Translations under genes and position numbers: made by a program
Shown: piece after piece, positions 48,955 through 58,339 of the stretch
Numbering within the stretch: position 1 is the stretch's first letter
Layout: every line of letters starts with the position of its first letter
The notes under the pieces: generated by a model
The model's database searches: none
Seen by the model: the letters and a program-made list of their open reading frames with translations, nothing else
What the model was told of the DNA's origin: nothing
Assembly: GCA_965279515.1 (NCBI GenBank)
Contig: CBDIID010000003.1
Coordinates: 3,936,001-4,000,000 of the forward strand
Length of the DNA: 64,000 nucleotides
Direction: 5' to 3'
Source: Turneriella sp.
Lineage (GTDB): Bacteria > Spirochaetota > Leptospiria > Turneriellales > Turneriellaceae

Positions 48955-49803
48955 ATGATTATCAATCACAACATGTCTGCGATCAATACGCACCGCGTAT
49001 TGAAATTCCAGAACTGGTCTCTGGATAAAGATATGGAGAAATTGTCGAGTGGCATGCGGATTAACCGCGGCGGCGACGATGCTTCAGGTCTCGCGGTATC
49101 AGAAAAAATGCGCACCCAGGTGCACGGCTTGCGCCGGGCGGAGCAAAACACCGAAGACGGTATGAGCTTCATCCAAACCACAGAAGGTTACCTGCAGGAA
49201 ACAGCCGAACTCGTACAACGTATCCGCGTTCTCGCAGTTCAGGCCGCCAACGGCATCTACACTGACGAAGACCGTCAGCAGATCCAGGTAGAAATTTCAG
49301 AACTCATCGATGAGGTCGATCGTATCGCGTCTCAGGCAGAATTCAACAAAATGAAACTGCTCACAGGTTCGTTCGCACGTCTCAACCCGACCGCTTCTAT
49401 GTGGTTCCATATGGGTGCCAACATGCACCAGCGCGAGCGCGTGTTCATCGAAACGATGACATCTGCGGCGTTGAAGCTGAGAAACCCAACGGTGCTGACG
49501 TTCATCTCGATCTCTACACCGGGCAAAGCCAACTCTGTTATCGGTCTGTCTGATGAAGCACTCCGCATCATCAGCAAGCAGCGTGCTGACTTGGGCGCTT
49601 ATTACAACCGCCTCGAACACGCAGCGAAAGGCCTCATGAACGCTTACGAGAATATCCAGGCGTCAGAAAGCCGCATCCGCGACACAGATATGGCAGAAAC
49701 CATGTCGAGCTACACACGTTACCAGATTCTCACACAAGCTGGTACCGCGATGCTCGCGCAGGCGAACCAACGCCCGCAGAGCGTACTGCAACTCCTCCGT
49801 TAA
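48955..49803 (+). CDS. flaB: Periplasmic flagellar core flagellin
   Basis: [39 protein letters not shown] and QSVLQLLR. Confidence 0.97.
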   Translation: MIINHNMSAINTHRVLKFQNWSLDKDMEKLSSGMRINRGGDDASGLAVSEKMRTQVHGLRRAEQNTEDGMSFIQTTEGYLQETAELVQRIRVLAVQAANGIYTDEDRQQIQVEISELIDEVDRIASQAEFNKMKLLTGSFARLNPTASMWFHMGANMHQRERVFIETMTSAALKLRNPTVLTFISISTPGKANSVIGLSDEALRIISKQRADLGAYYNRLEHAAKGLMNAYENIQASESRIRDTDMAETMSSYTRYQILTQAGTAMLAQANQRPQSVLQLLR

Positions 49804-49815
49804 TCCGGATGAGTT

Positions 49816-49880
49816 CGCTCATGCAGCTTGAGGCTGCATGAGCGTATCCCGAGCCTCTTTACGGGGGCTCGGGAACTTCT
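49816..49880 (+). terminator. Two hairpins downstream of flaB
   Basis: CGCTCATGCAGC/GCTGCATGAGCG and TCCCGAGCCTC/GGGGCTCGGGA followed by ACTTCT. Confidence 0.65.
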
Positions 49881-49908
49881 GCCGTCGATGCTGCTTAAGC
49901 ATTCGCGG

Positions 49909-50130
49909 CAGAAGTTTTTAACTTCGCCGTACGACTCTGAAGCCCAAACGGATGTTTGGGCTTTTTTTTGCCCGAAAAATTGAGCACTTAGGTTCAACCG
50001 AAGACTCTCCACAGTATAAGGCAGATTACTGTCGGGGAGATAAGATGAAATGGATGAGTTTAATGGCGTTTTTAGGACTTCTGGCCCTGAATTGTCAAAA
50101 CACGGGAGATGCTACTGGGGATACGGGTGG
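49909..50130 (+). repeat. Conserved leader plus signal peptide, copy 1
   Basis: Near-identical to 51448-51666: by manual alignment about 5 substitutions and 3 gap bases over about 137 non-coding bp. Confidence 0.92.
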
Positions 50131-50542
50131 CGAGAAAACACCGGTGGTCGATGACTTGCCGCAACCGGCGTTAAATACTGCGGAAATTTCCTTAAACGGC
50201 GTACGGCATACGCTTACGGAAACGACTGCATGTAGAGATGGTGTAGGCGGTATCACGATCAATATGCCCGGTATGCAGAATCCCTTCCTTAATATCCACA
50301 ACATAAGCTTTAATGTAAATGGAGAGGTAATCATTGATACCATGAGTAATCCATCGTCATGGAACATGGATCTCGATGCCGATAGAACGTGGGGTACTAG
50401 CGCGGCCGGTTGTAGAGCTATCGTTGGAGAAAATTCAAATGCGGTTTTTGAATTGAAGACGATCGCTTGCAATATCAAAAATCAGTTCGGCCCAGAAACG
50501 GGAAAACTCTCGTTTCGTCTACGGTGCACAAAGGGAACTTAG
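50045..50542 (+). CDS. Lipoprotein A1 (unknown family)
   Basis: MKWMSLMAFLGLLALNC lipobox and GGGGAG SD. Paralog of 51581-52072. Confidence 0.8.
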   Translation: MKWMSLMAFLGLLALNCQNTGDATGDTGGEKTPVVDDLPQPALNTAEISLNGVRHTLTETTACRDGVGGITINMPGMQNPFLNIHNISFNVNGEVIIDTMSNPSSWNMDLDADRTWGTSAAGCRAIVGENSNAVFELKTIACNIKNQFGPETGKLSFRLRCTKGT

Positions 50543-50605
50543 ATAATGAAGCCGTGTCGATTACAATCGACGCGGCAATTCTTTCTGAACTCATGGCGGC
50601 AACTC

Positions 50606-51163
50606 ATGGCTGAGTCTGGTTTAAAAAAGATCGTGCTAACCTTGCTCGGGGCGTTGGGCGTTGTTAGCTGCACCAACGGCAAGCTTGACTATTTCAACTA
50701 CCGCGACGGCCTCTATACCTGCCAAATGGGTTTTTTTGTTTCCACTACCCAGGTTTCGGATTCGATTGGTGTCGCAAATGCCGATGCGCAGTGTCAGGCT
50801 TTATCCACAAAAGTCGGGGATTGCAGCAAGCGTCCCTGGAAAGCATATCTGAGCTCTGCAGCGGGAAATGCCCGGGATCGAATTGGCAACGGGCCATGGT
50901 ATAATATCAAGGGGCAGCTATTTGCCGCAAACCTGCAAAGCCTATTTGCTCCTCCTCCTTCGTCCACGCTTTTTCGCACTGAACTGGATCAGGACGCCAG
51001 CACTGTTACTGCAATGACGGGGAGTGATACCCAGGGGCTACGAAATCATACCTGTGACACGGACGGGCAAATTTCCTTTGGATTTCCAAATTCGCAATGG
51101 AGTTATGTTAGTGAAAGCTCGTGTTCGTCAACGTACCGGCTGTACTGCTTTGCCAGCGACTAA
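50606..51163 (+). CDS. Lipoprotein B1 with endostatin-like (DUF1554-related) domain
   Basis: LGVVSC lipobox, ADAQCQ, WKAYLS, NARDRIGNGPW and RLYCF. Confidence 0.78.
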   Translation: MAESGLKKIVLTLLGALGVVSCTNGKLDYFNYRDGLYTCQMGFFVSTTQVSDSIGVANADAQCQALSTKVGDCSKRPWKAYLSSAAGNARDRIGNGPWYNIKGQLFAANLQSLFAPPPSSTLFRTELDQDASTVTAMTGSDTQGLRNHTCDTDGQISFGFPNSQWSYVSESSCSSTYRLYCFASD

Positions 51164-51166
51164 TCG

Positions 51167-51244
51167 TTAAGGCTTGCGCAAAATGTCTGATCCAATACCA
51201 AACAGAATCGCGCCTGACCGATTTTTAACGCCGAGCTTGCTGCA
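51167..51244 (-). pseudogene. 3' remnant of a NarL/LuxR response regulator
   Basis: Translates as KLGVKNRSGAILFGIGSDILRKP*, against KLDVKSRSGAILFGIESGILRRP* of 52715-53350, in the same position relative to lipoprotein B. Confidence 0.85.
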
Positions 51245-51447
51245 TCAGAAGCAATGAGCTGCGGCTGCTTTTTTTTGAGGAAGATCGCCATTTTCTGCGT
51301 CGGCTTGCCTATTCGCGTTCATCAGGGTGCCGGAGATGGGTCTTTCCCCGTGCACCGATTTCGTGCGACAGGCGCACGGTTAAACCGCGATCGATGTTAT
51401 TGAGTTTCCCCAGTTCGCTCATGCAGATGCTGTTGATGTATCTCGGA

Positions 51448-51666
51448 CAGAAGTTTCTAACTTCGCCGTACGACTCTGAAGCCCAAACGGATGTTTGGGC
51501 TTTTTTGCCGAAAAAGTGAGCACTTAGGTTCAACCGAAGACTCTCCACAGTATAAGACAGATTACTGTCGGGGAGGTAGGATGAAATGGATGAGTTTAAT
51601 AGCTTTTTTAGGACTTCTGGCCCTGAATTGTCAAAACACGGAAGATACTAGCGGGGATACGGGTGA
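51448..51666 (+). repeat. Conserved leader plus signal peptide, copy 2
   Basis: Matches copy 1. It is also preceded by AGTTCGCTCATGCAG (51412), which occurs at 49812. Confidence 0.92.
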
Positions 51667-52072
51667 CGGTAAGACACCGGCAGCTGATGATTTACCGCAA
51701 CCGGTGAACGAAACAGCGGAGATGTCGCTCAATGGAGTCCGGCATACACTGACCAATAAACTGAATTGCAAGAGTAGCGCCGCCGGTATCGGGTTTACGA
51801 TGCCAGGTGGGGGTAATCCGACCTTGTTTCTACACGGCGCCGATTTGTCGGCCACCGGAAACATAACGATTAAAACGGGCAGCAATCCCCTTGCCTGGCA
51901 TATGGATATCGACCCCGGCCCATGGGGAACCCAGGCCGCTGGCTGCAGCGCAACCGTTGTGGAAAATTCCGCGATCTTTGAACTCAAAGTGATAGCATGC
52001 GATGTCAAAAACCAGTTCGGGGCAGAGACCGGAAAGGTTTCGTTTCGCGTCCGTTGCACAAAAGGAACATAA
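51581..52072 (+). CDS. Lipoprotein A2
   Basis: MKWMSLIAFLGLLALNC, ending RCTKGT like A1. Confidence 0.8.
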   Translation: MKWMSLIAFLGLLALNCQNTEDTSGDTGDGKTPAADDLPQPVNETAEMSLNGVRHTLTNKLNCKSSAAGIGFTMPGGGNPTLFLHGADLSATGNITIKTGSNPLAWHMDIDPGPWGTQAAGCSATVVENSAIFELKVIACDVKNQFGAETGKVSFRVRCTKGT

Positions 52073-52123
52073 CTTTGAATACCGTGTCGATTCTGTCGAC
52101 ACGGTATTTCGATATCAAGCTTT

Positions 52124-52711
52124 ATGCCACTGCCCATGCTTATGTCTAAGTTTCTAAACATTATGTTCCTTGCGGGGATAGCTAACCTTTTGGGCTGCAC
52201 GAATGGTAAATTCCAGTACTTAGATTACCGCGAGCGTCTCTATACCTGCCAAATGGGTTTTTTCGTCACTTCAGATACAGTCAATGGCGCAATAGGCGTG
52301 GCGGGCGCTGATGCACAATGTAAAGCTACTGCCTCCAGGGTTGGTGATTGCGGCAAACGCCCCTGGCGCGCATATCTCAGCACATCTACTGGCAATGCGC
52401 GTGACCGCATTGGGAATGGCCCATGGTACAACGTGGCGGGGCAACTTATGGCGAAAGATGTTCAAAGCCTCTACGCTTCAACACCGACATCGACTCTGTT
52501 CTTAACGGAACAGGGGCAAGATGCCAGTGCCGTAAATATCTGGACCGGGAGTACAACTTCAGGTACCGCCTCCGGCAATACGTGCAACGATTTTACCACG
52601 AGTTCAAGCGGTGTGAGTGGGCAGTTTGCCGATCCGATTTCGCAGTGGAGTGACACCTTCAATCAATCCTGTGACACTTTGAGTCGTTTGTATTGCTTCG
52701 CCTCCGACTGA
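52124..52711 (+). CDS. Lipoprotein B2 with endostatin-like (DUF1554-related) domain
   Basis: ANLLGC lipobox, GADAQC, NARDRIGNGPW, IWTGS, TCNDFT and RLYCFASD. Confidence 0.8.
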   Translation: MPLPMLMSKFLNIMFLAGIANLLGCTNGKFQYLDYRERLYTCQMGFFVTSDTVNGAIGVAGADAQCKATASRVGDCGKRPWRAYLSTSTGNARDRIGNGPWYNVAGQLMAKDVQSLYASTPTSTLFLTEQGQDASAVNIWTGSTTSGTASGNTCNDFTTSSSGVSGQFADPISQWSDTFNQSCDTLSRLYCFASD

Positions 52712-52714
52712 GCA

Positions 52715-53350
52715 TCAAGGCCGGCGCAGAATTCCCGACTCAATGCCGAACAAAATTGCGCCCGACCGGCTTTTGACGTCGAGCTTGCGGTAGATATTTT
52801 CCAGGTGCTTTCTGACCGTTGCGGAACTCAGTACCAGCTTGTTCGCGATCTCCGTCGAGGTAAAGCCGAGGGCGAGGTTGCGCAGAACATCTCTCTCGCG
52901 CTCGGTGAGTATCTCCGCTTCGGGACGTTTTTGGTGCAAGCCGAGCAGGCTTTGCGCAACGCTCGGTGAAAAGGTAATCCCTCCCTGCATGAGTACCTTT
53001 ATGTGATCCGGTATCTGGTCAGGCGGTGTCCCTTTGAGTATGTATCCCCCGGCGCCGAATCCCATGGCCTTCAAGAGTGTAGCGCCGTCTTCAATGGCGG
53101 TATACATGAGGATTTTCATTTGCGGAAATTTTTGCTTCAGTACCGGAATCAGATCGATTCCCGAGCCGTCGGGTAATTTGATGTCGACAATTGCCGCATC
53201 CGCTTCGAGGTTGTTCGCTTCAGCGCGGCGGATATCGGGAAATACCGCGACGAAGCTGAATTCGCGGTTTTCTTCAAAAATCTGCCGCAGCGCGTAAGCC
53301 GTCTCGCGGTCGTCTTCGACAATGAGTATGCGGATTTTATTTTTTGCCAT
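52715..53350 (-). CDS. NarL/FixJ-family response regulator (REC + LuxR HTH)
   Basis: IVEDD, DIKLPDGSG, GYILK and LTERERDVL...TVRKHLENIYRKL. ATG at 53350. Confidence 0.92.
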   Translation of the reverse strand: MAKNKIRILIVEDDRETAYALRQIFEENREFSFVAVFPDIRRAEANNLEADAAIVDIKLPDGSGIDLIPVLKQKFPQMKILMYTAIEDGATLLKAMGFGAGGYILKGTPPDQIPDHIKVLMQGGITFSPSVAQSLLGLHQKRPEAEILTERERDVLRNLALGFTSTEIANKLVLSSATVRKHLENIYRKLDVKSRSGAILFGIESGILRRP

Positions 53351-53551
53351 GGCACTCCAGATGCCGCAAACGCGTGGGCTACACCGGCGGAAGGCGCGGT
53401 GTATGAAGTTTGGCATCGCCGCAACTCCAAGGATTGCAAAAGAATGATCGTGTACAGCGCGCCAAGAAGAATACGCAGTTAGGCGCAGGTTCGGATGACG
53501 GAATCGGTTTTTTCCGCTTGGGCTATCCTCATTTTACGACGTTATTAAGAT

Positions 53552-54394
53552 ATGAGGATTTATATCGGTGAAGAAGAGCTCAATTTTGAGATTCAGGAGA
53601 CCCTGGGTTTTCCCCAGGTTCTCACCAAGCTGACCGATTGGGCCGAGTCGCAGAAGCTCTTTATCATCGACTACCGGGTCGCCGCTAAACCCGAGTTTGC
53701 GCAAAAAGAAGACCTGAATTCTGATGAAATTGAGGTGATTCACCTGCAGTTGGGCGACCAAACCGATCTCGTCGAATCGAACCTCAGGGAACTCATCGAC
53801 TACACCGACCGGGTAGGCCTGCACCTGGCGAAAGTTATCCAGGAGGGTAAAACCCTCAATGAGAAAGATACAGCCGACCTGAAGACCGGCGGTGTTTTTA
53901 TTACCGAATCGCTCGATGCGCTGTCACGTTACCTGCGGCCTGAAAGCGCCGACTACCTCGCGAAGGCCGTCAACGCCCTGAATTCGCATCCCGATCTGAT
54001 CGAGAAAATCAACGCGCTGGGGGCAATACAGAACCAGCTGAAACTGTGGCTCAGGCAAACAGAATTTTCGCGCGTCACGCCGGATGAAGCGATGGAGCGG
54101 GTTAAAGGTTTCCGCGAACAGATCCCTTCGCTGCAGGCCGACCTCGAACAGATCGCGGCGCGTTTTACCCAGGGCAAGGAACAGGAAGCACTTTCAAAAC
54201 TGGAGATGGTCTCGCAGGTGCTCGTCGACGCCGTCATACTCATGCGGATTGCCGGCGATGCGAAGAAGCCGCAGACCGATAAGCTGGTTTCCCTGCTGGG
54301 AGATCTGACGCAGGCGGTCGATGCGCGCGATCTGGTCACGGCGGCAGATATTGCCGACTTTGACCTGCGCGATGCGCTGAAAGCGATCGCCTAA
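53552..54394 (+). CDS. Hypothetical helical protein
   Basis: 280-aa ORF with host codon bias and no motif I recognise. Confidence 0.75.
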   Translation: MRIYIGEEELNFEIQETLGFPQVLTKLTDWAESQKLFIIDYRVAAKPEFAQKEDLNSDEIEVIHLQLGDQTDLVESNLRELIDYTDRVGLHLAKVIQEGKTLNEKDTADLKTGGVFITESLDALSRYLRPESADYLAKAVNALNSHPDLIEKINALGAIQNQLKLWLRQTEFSRVTPDEAMERVKGFREQIPSLQADLEQIAARFTQGKEQEALSKLEMVSQVLVDAVILMRIAGDAKKPQTDKLVSLLGDLTQAVDARDLVTAADIADFDLRDALKAIA

Positions 54395-54438
54395 AAACAA
54401 TTTGACGCCGCCGGCGATTTTGCCGGCAAATAATTCAA

Positions 54439-54831
54439 ATGCGTTCTTTTTTATGCCTCATTGCCTTCGCCTTATGCGCGGGAACCTTCGCCGAAGAGAA
54501 AAAGATGGCTTTCAGGCCTGGCGCAAAGCCGATGCGTAACGAGATTCGGCGCTTTATCAAAGTCGGCATGCCGATCGCGGCCGCGGATAAAATCATGACC
54601 GAAAACGGCTTCACGTGCCGCAACAAAAAGAACGACGATTTTCTCGCGACCGATGAAGGTTCGACCGATTCGAAATTCATCCAGAGAAAAAACTTTCTCT
54701 ACTGCGAACGCACCGAAGAAGGTTATGTTGCGATGTCGCCTTCGCGTCGCTGGAAGGCGGCGTTGCTGGACGAAAACGATAAGGTTGCGAACATACTCGT
54801 CTCCTTCGAAACGATTCAACCCTCAAAATGA
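54439..54831 (+). CDS. Hypothetical exported protein
   Basis: Signal peptide ending TFA-EE, and two Cys in the mature part. Confidence 0.65.
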   Translation: MRSFLCLIAFALCAGTFAEEKKMAFRPGAKPMRNEIRRFIKVGMPIAAADKIMTENGFTCRNKKNDDFLATDEGSTDSKFIQRKNFLYCERTEEGYVAMSPSRRWKAALLDENDKVANILVSFETIQPSK

Positions 54832-54832
54832 T

Positions 54833-55675
54833 TCAGTGTTCGCCGATCTGCGCCGTCTCGAAACGGTCGACGCTCGCTTCAAAGAATAAATCCCTGAGAC
54901 TGCGCATGCTGTCTGTCATATCCGAAACATAGAGATCGACAGTTCCTTTGCCGCCGCTGCGTAGCGCATTGTGCTCAACAAGCAACGTTTTAAGTTCAGC
55001 GGCCGTTTCTTCGGCGCTGTCGATGAGTTTCAGATGCGGATAGAGTTTGAGAATGGCGCGGGCGATCAGGGGATAATGTGTACAACCGAGCAGCAGGTAT
55101 TCGACGCCGCGTTCGACCATCGGCCCGAGATAGTCGCGCAGGATTAAATCCGCCGCTGCGCTGTCAGCATAACCTTCTTCGATGATCGGAACGAGCAGGG
55201 GACAGGCCTTGCTGACAAGAAACTGATCGCCGTGGTGGCGTTCGAGCGCCGCATCGTAGGCGCGGCTGGCGATGGTGCTTTTCGTGGCGATGAGGCCCGC
55301 AGTTGACTTGTGCTTTGCTTTTTGTGTCAGGCTGCGCACCGCGGGGTCGATCACGCCCAGCACGGGAATATCGGTCATTTCACGGAGTGCATCCAGCGCA
55401 TACGACGACGCTGTATTGCAGGCGACGACGATCGCCTTGACGTCGCGCGCAATCAGAAATTCAGCGATCTCGCGCGAGTAACGGATGATGGTCGTGGCCG
55501 ATTTATTGCCGTAGGGCAGGCGCGCGGTGTCGCCGAAGTAGATGAGATTCTCTTCGGGCAGAACCCGGTGTATTTCTTTGAGAACGGTGAGCCCGCCGAG
55601 ACCCGAATCAAAAACCCCGATAGGCTTGGACGCCTGGGGTTCATGCCCTGGATTTGCACTCTTCTGAGACGACAT
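54833..55675 (-). CDS. murI: Glutamate racemase
   Basis: FDSGLGGLTV, PYG, ACNTAS and LGCTHYP. Confidence 0.96.
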   Translation of the reverse strand: MSSQKSANPGHEPQASKPIGVFDSGLGGLTVLKEIHRVLPEENLIYFGDTARLPYGNKSATTIIRYSREIAEFLIARDVKAIVVACNTASSYALDALREMTDIPVLGVIDPAVRSLTQKAKHKSTAGLIATKSTIASRAYDAALERHHGDQFLVSKACPLLVPIIEEGYADSAAADLILRDYLGPMVERGVEYLLLGCTHYPLIARAILKLYPHLKLIDSAEETAAELKTLLVEHNALRSGGKGTVDLYVSDMTDSMRSLRDLFFEASVDRFETAQIGEH

Positions 55676-55697
55676 TTTACCCGTCGCCCCCGAATCC

Positions 55698-56942
55698 TCA
55701 GGCGGTCTTGTCGAGGCCGAAGACGGTGTGGATCAGGCGAAGCGCGTCTTTGCCGCGGTCTTTGCTGATGACGCAGGAGATTTTGATTTCGCTCGTTGAA
55801 ATCATTTCTATGTTGATGCTGTTATCGGCGAGCGTCTTGAACATACTCGCGGCAACACCGGTGTGCGATTTCATGCCGACACCGACTGCGGAAACAATCG
55901 AAATGTTTTCATCGGTTGAAACGGAGCCGGAACCCCATTTTTTCGTGAGTGTCTCGAGAATCGCCTTGGCATCTGCAACCGATGAAACGGGCAGGGTAAA
56001 AGCAATCGTGTTCATGCGGTCCTTACCTGTGGACCCGGTGGGTCGTGCCGACGACTGTACGATGACATCGATGTTGATTTTTTTATCGGCGAGCGCCAGA
56101 AAGATCTCGGCCGCTATGCCCGGTTTATCAGGAATGTCGGCGACGGTCATGCGCGCGTCGTCGGATTTCAGCGTTACGCCGGTTACGGTTAGTTTTTCCA
56201 TAATTTCATTCTCACTGACAACTTTTGTTCCCTCATTATAATTGAAGCTGGATTTCACATGGATGACAACGCCGTATTTTTTCGCAAATTCTACCGAGCG
56301 GCTGTGCAGAACGCCTGCGCCGAGTGACGCAAGTTCAAGCATTTCGTCATAGCTGATCTGGTTGAGCTTGCGTGCGCCCTCGACCTTGTTGGGGTCGGTG
56401 GTGTAGACGCCGTCGACATCGGTATAGATTTCACACTCTTTCGCCTTGAGCGCGGCCGCCAGAGCAACCGCTGTCGTGTCGGAACCACCGCGGCCCAGGG
56501 TTGTGATGTTCTGGTTCTCATCGATGCCCTGAAAACCGGCGACAATGCAGACTTGTTTTTTATCGAGTTCGCTTTGCAGGCGTTTCGTGTCGATGCTCTC
56601 GATGCGTGCATTCGAAAAATTGCCGTCGGTGACGATGTTGACCTGGCCGCCCGTAAAACTGAGTGCAGGCACTTCGATATCATGCAGCGCCATCGCGAGA
56701 AGGGCGATCGAGACCTGCTCGCCGGTTGAAAGCAGCATGTCCATCTCGCGTTTGGGAGGGTTTTTGGCGACCTTGCCCGCGAGGTCGACGAGTTCGTCGG
56801 TTGTGTGTCCCATCGCGGAAACAACCACCACGAGCTGGTAACCTTTTTCATAGTAGCTCTTGATGCGCGCCGCAACGCGTTTGATGCGCTCGGGGTCGCC
56901 CACTGAAGTGCCGCCGAATTTTTGTACGAGAATCTTGCTCAT
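55698..56942 (-). CDS. lysC: Aspartate kinase
   Basis: [19 protein letters not shown] and ACT domains (ISTSEIKIS). Confidence 0.96.
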   Translation of the reverse strand: MSKILVQKFGGTSVGDPERIKRVAARIKSYYEKGYQLVVVVSAMGHTTDELVDLAGKVAKNPPKREMDMLLSTGEQVSIALLAMALHDIEVPALSFTGGQVNIVTDGNFSNARIESIDTKRLQSELDKKQVCIVAGFQGIDENQNITTLGRGGSDTTAVALAAALKAKECEIYTDVDGVYTTDPNKVEGARKLNQISYDEMLELASLGAGVLHSRSVEFAKKYGVVIHVKSSFNYNEGTKVVSENEIMEKLTVTGVTLKSDDARMTVADIPDKPGIAAEIFLALADKKINIDVIVQSSARPTGSTGKDRMNTIAFTLPVSSVADAKAILETLTKKWGSGSVSTDENISIVSAVGVGMKSHTGVAASMFKTLADNSINIEMISTSEIKISCVISKDRGKDALRLIHTVFGLDKTA

Positions 56943-57040
56943 GCGTATCCGAAAATTTGCGTCAGTTTTGCGGATTCAGACACGGGGTAAAGCCGTGTCT
57001 CCGTTTCGGCGGCACAGTGTGACGGGGCTGCGCTAGCGCA

Positions 57041-58225
57041 TCAGTACGCAATTCGGATTTTCTCCATGGCAGTTTTTGCCCGTTTGCGTACGTCATCAAC
57101 GTCTGTGCCCGTCGCCAAAATCACACCCAGCCGGCGCTCGCCTTCGATCTCCGGTTTTGAGAACAGGCGGATGTTTACCTGCGGATCGCTCAATGCCTCT
57201 TCGAGGCCTGCGTACCGAATGTTCTGCGATCGACCTTCGCCGAGAATCACGTACGAGGCCGAGGGTGCGAGAAGTTGAACTTCCGGCAGGGGAAATCCTA
57301 ACAGTGCCCGTGCATGCAGCGCAAACTCAGAATAGTTTTGCGAGATCATCGTCACCATGCCCGTGTCATGCGGCCGCGGCGAGACTTCGCTGAAGTATAC
57401 GGTATCTCCTTTAATGAAGAGCTCAACACCGAACAGGCCAAAGCCGCCCAGCGCGGTCGTCACGGCTTCGGCGATGCGCTTCGATTCGGTGAGGGCAGCA
57501 TCGCTCATGGCATGGGGTTGCCACGATTCATGGTAGTCGCCGTGCACCTGGCGGTGGCCGATAGGCTCGCAAAACGTCGTGCCACCGGCGTGGCGTACCG
57601 TGAGTAATGTGATTTCGTAGTCGAAATGGATAAAGCCCTCGGCGATCAAACGACCCGACTTGCCGCGGCCGCCCTCGAGCGCATAGGCGAATGCCGACGC
57701 AATTTCACCGGCACTTTTCACGACGCTCTGTCCCTTGCCCGACGAACTCATGATGGGCTTCAGCACAAATGGAAATCCCAACTTCTCGGCTGCGGCATTG
57801 AGTTCGGCTTCCGATTCGACAAAAAAATAGGGGGATGTCTTCAGTTGGAGCGTTTCGGCCGCGAGCCGCCGTATGCCCTCGCGGTTCATGGTGAGCTGCG
57901 CCGCGCGTGCGGTCGGCACCACACGCACACCGGCGTTTTCAAACTCAGTGAGGACCTCGGTCGCAATCGCTTCGATCTCAGGCACGATAAAGTGCGGATT
58001 CTCTTTTTTTATGACCGCGCGCAGCGCATCGCCGTCGAGCATCGATATGGTATGCGCGCGGTGCGCGACCTGTTGAGCCGGCGCCCCCTCGTAGCGGTCG
58101 AGGGCAATGACCTCGCAGCCGAGGCGCATGAGTTCAATGACAACCTCGCGGCCGAGTTCCCCAGAGCCCAGAAGCATGACACGGGTTGCGCCGGGTTTCA
58201 GGGGAGTGCCGATCGTGAGAGACAT
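57041..58225 (-). CDS. purT: Formate-dependent phosphoribosylglycinamide formyltransferase
   Basis: [19 protein letters not shown] and [10 protein letters not shown]. Confidence 0.97.
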   Translation of the reverse strand: MSLTIGTPLKPGATRVMLLGSGELGREVVIELMRLGCEVIALDRYEGAPAQQVAHRAHTISMLDGDALRAVIKKENPHFIVPEIEAIATEVLTEFENAGVRVVPTARAAQLTMNREGIRRLAAETLQLKTSPYFFVESEAELNAAAEKLGFPFVLKPIMSSSGKGQSVVKSAGEIASAFAYALEGGRGKSGRLIAEGFIHFDYEITLLTVRHAGGTTFCEPIGHRQVHGDYHESWQPHAMSDAALTESKRIAEAVTTALGGFGLFGVELFIKGDTVYFSEVSPRPHDTGMVTMISQNYSEFALHARALLGFPLPEVQLLAPSASYVILGEGRSQNIRYAGLEEALSDPQVNIRLFSKPEIEGERRLGVILATGTDVDDVRKRAKTAMEKIRIAY

Positions 58226-58339
58226 AAGCCTGAGCGGGACGTCGAGCGACGGCGAAAATTCAATTTACGCAGAGGGTCTGGCTTTCGCCTGAAAACGTTT
58301 TTTGTTGACAATCCGCCCGAATGCTCACCCGCTGCCGGG

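Noticed and set aside
50606..52711. Diversity-generating retroelement (template and variable repeats in lectin-like lipoproteins)
   Set aside because: No reverse transcriptase in the window, and the differences between copies are not adenine-specific and include indels.
53351..53500. Histidine kinase remnant upstream of the response regulator
   Set aside because: No H, N or G box is recognisable in the frames I read.
56943..57040. Lysine riboswitch upstream of lysC
   Set aside because: The gap is under 100 bp and has only a short hairpin (GACACGG/CCGTGTC), which is too small.
57626..58339. 735-aa ORF overlapping purT on the opposite strand
   Set aside because: The N-terminal 238 codons are an antisense shadow of purT. 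The signal peptide and promoter point to GTG 58340.
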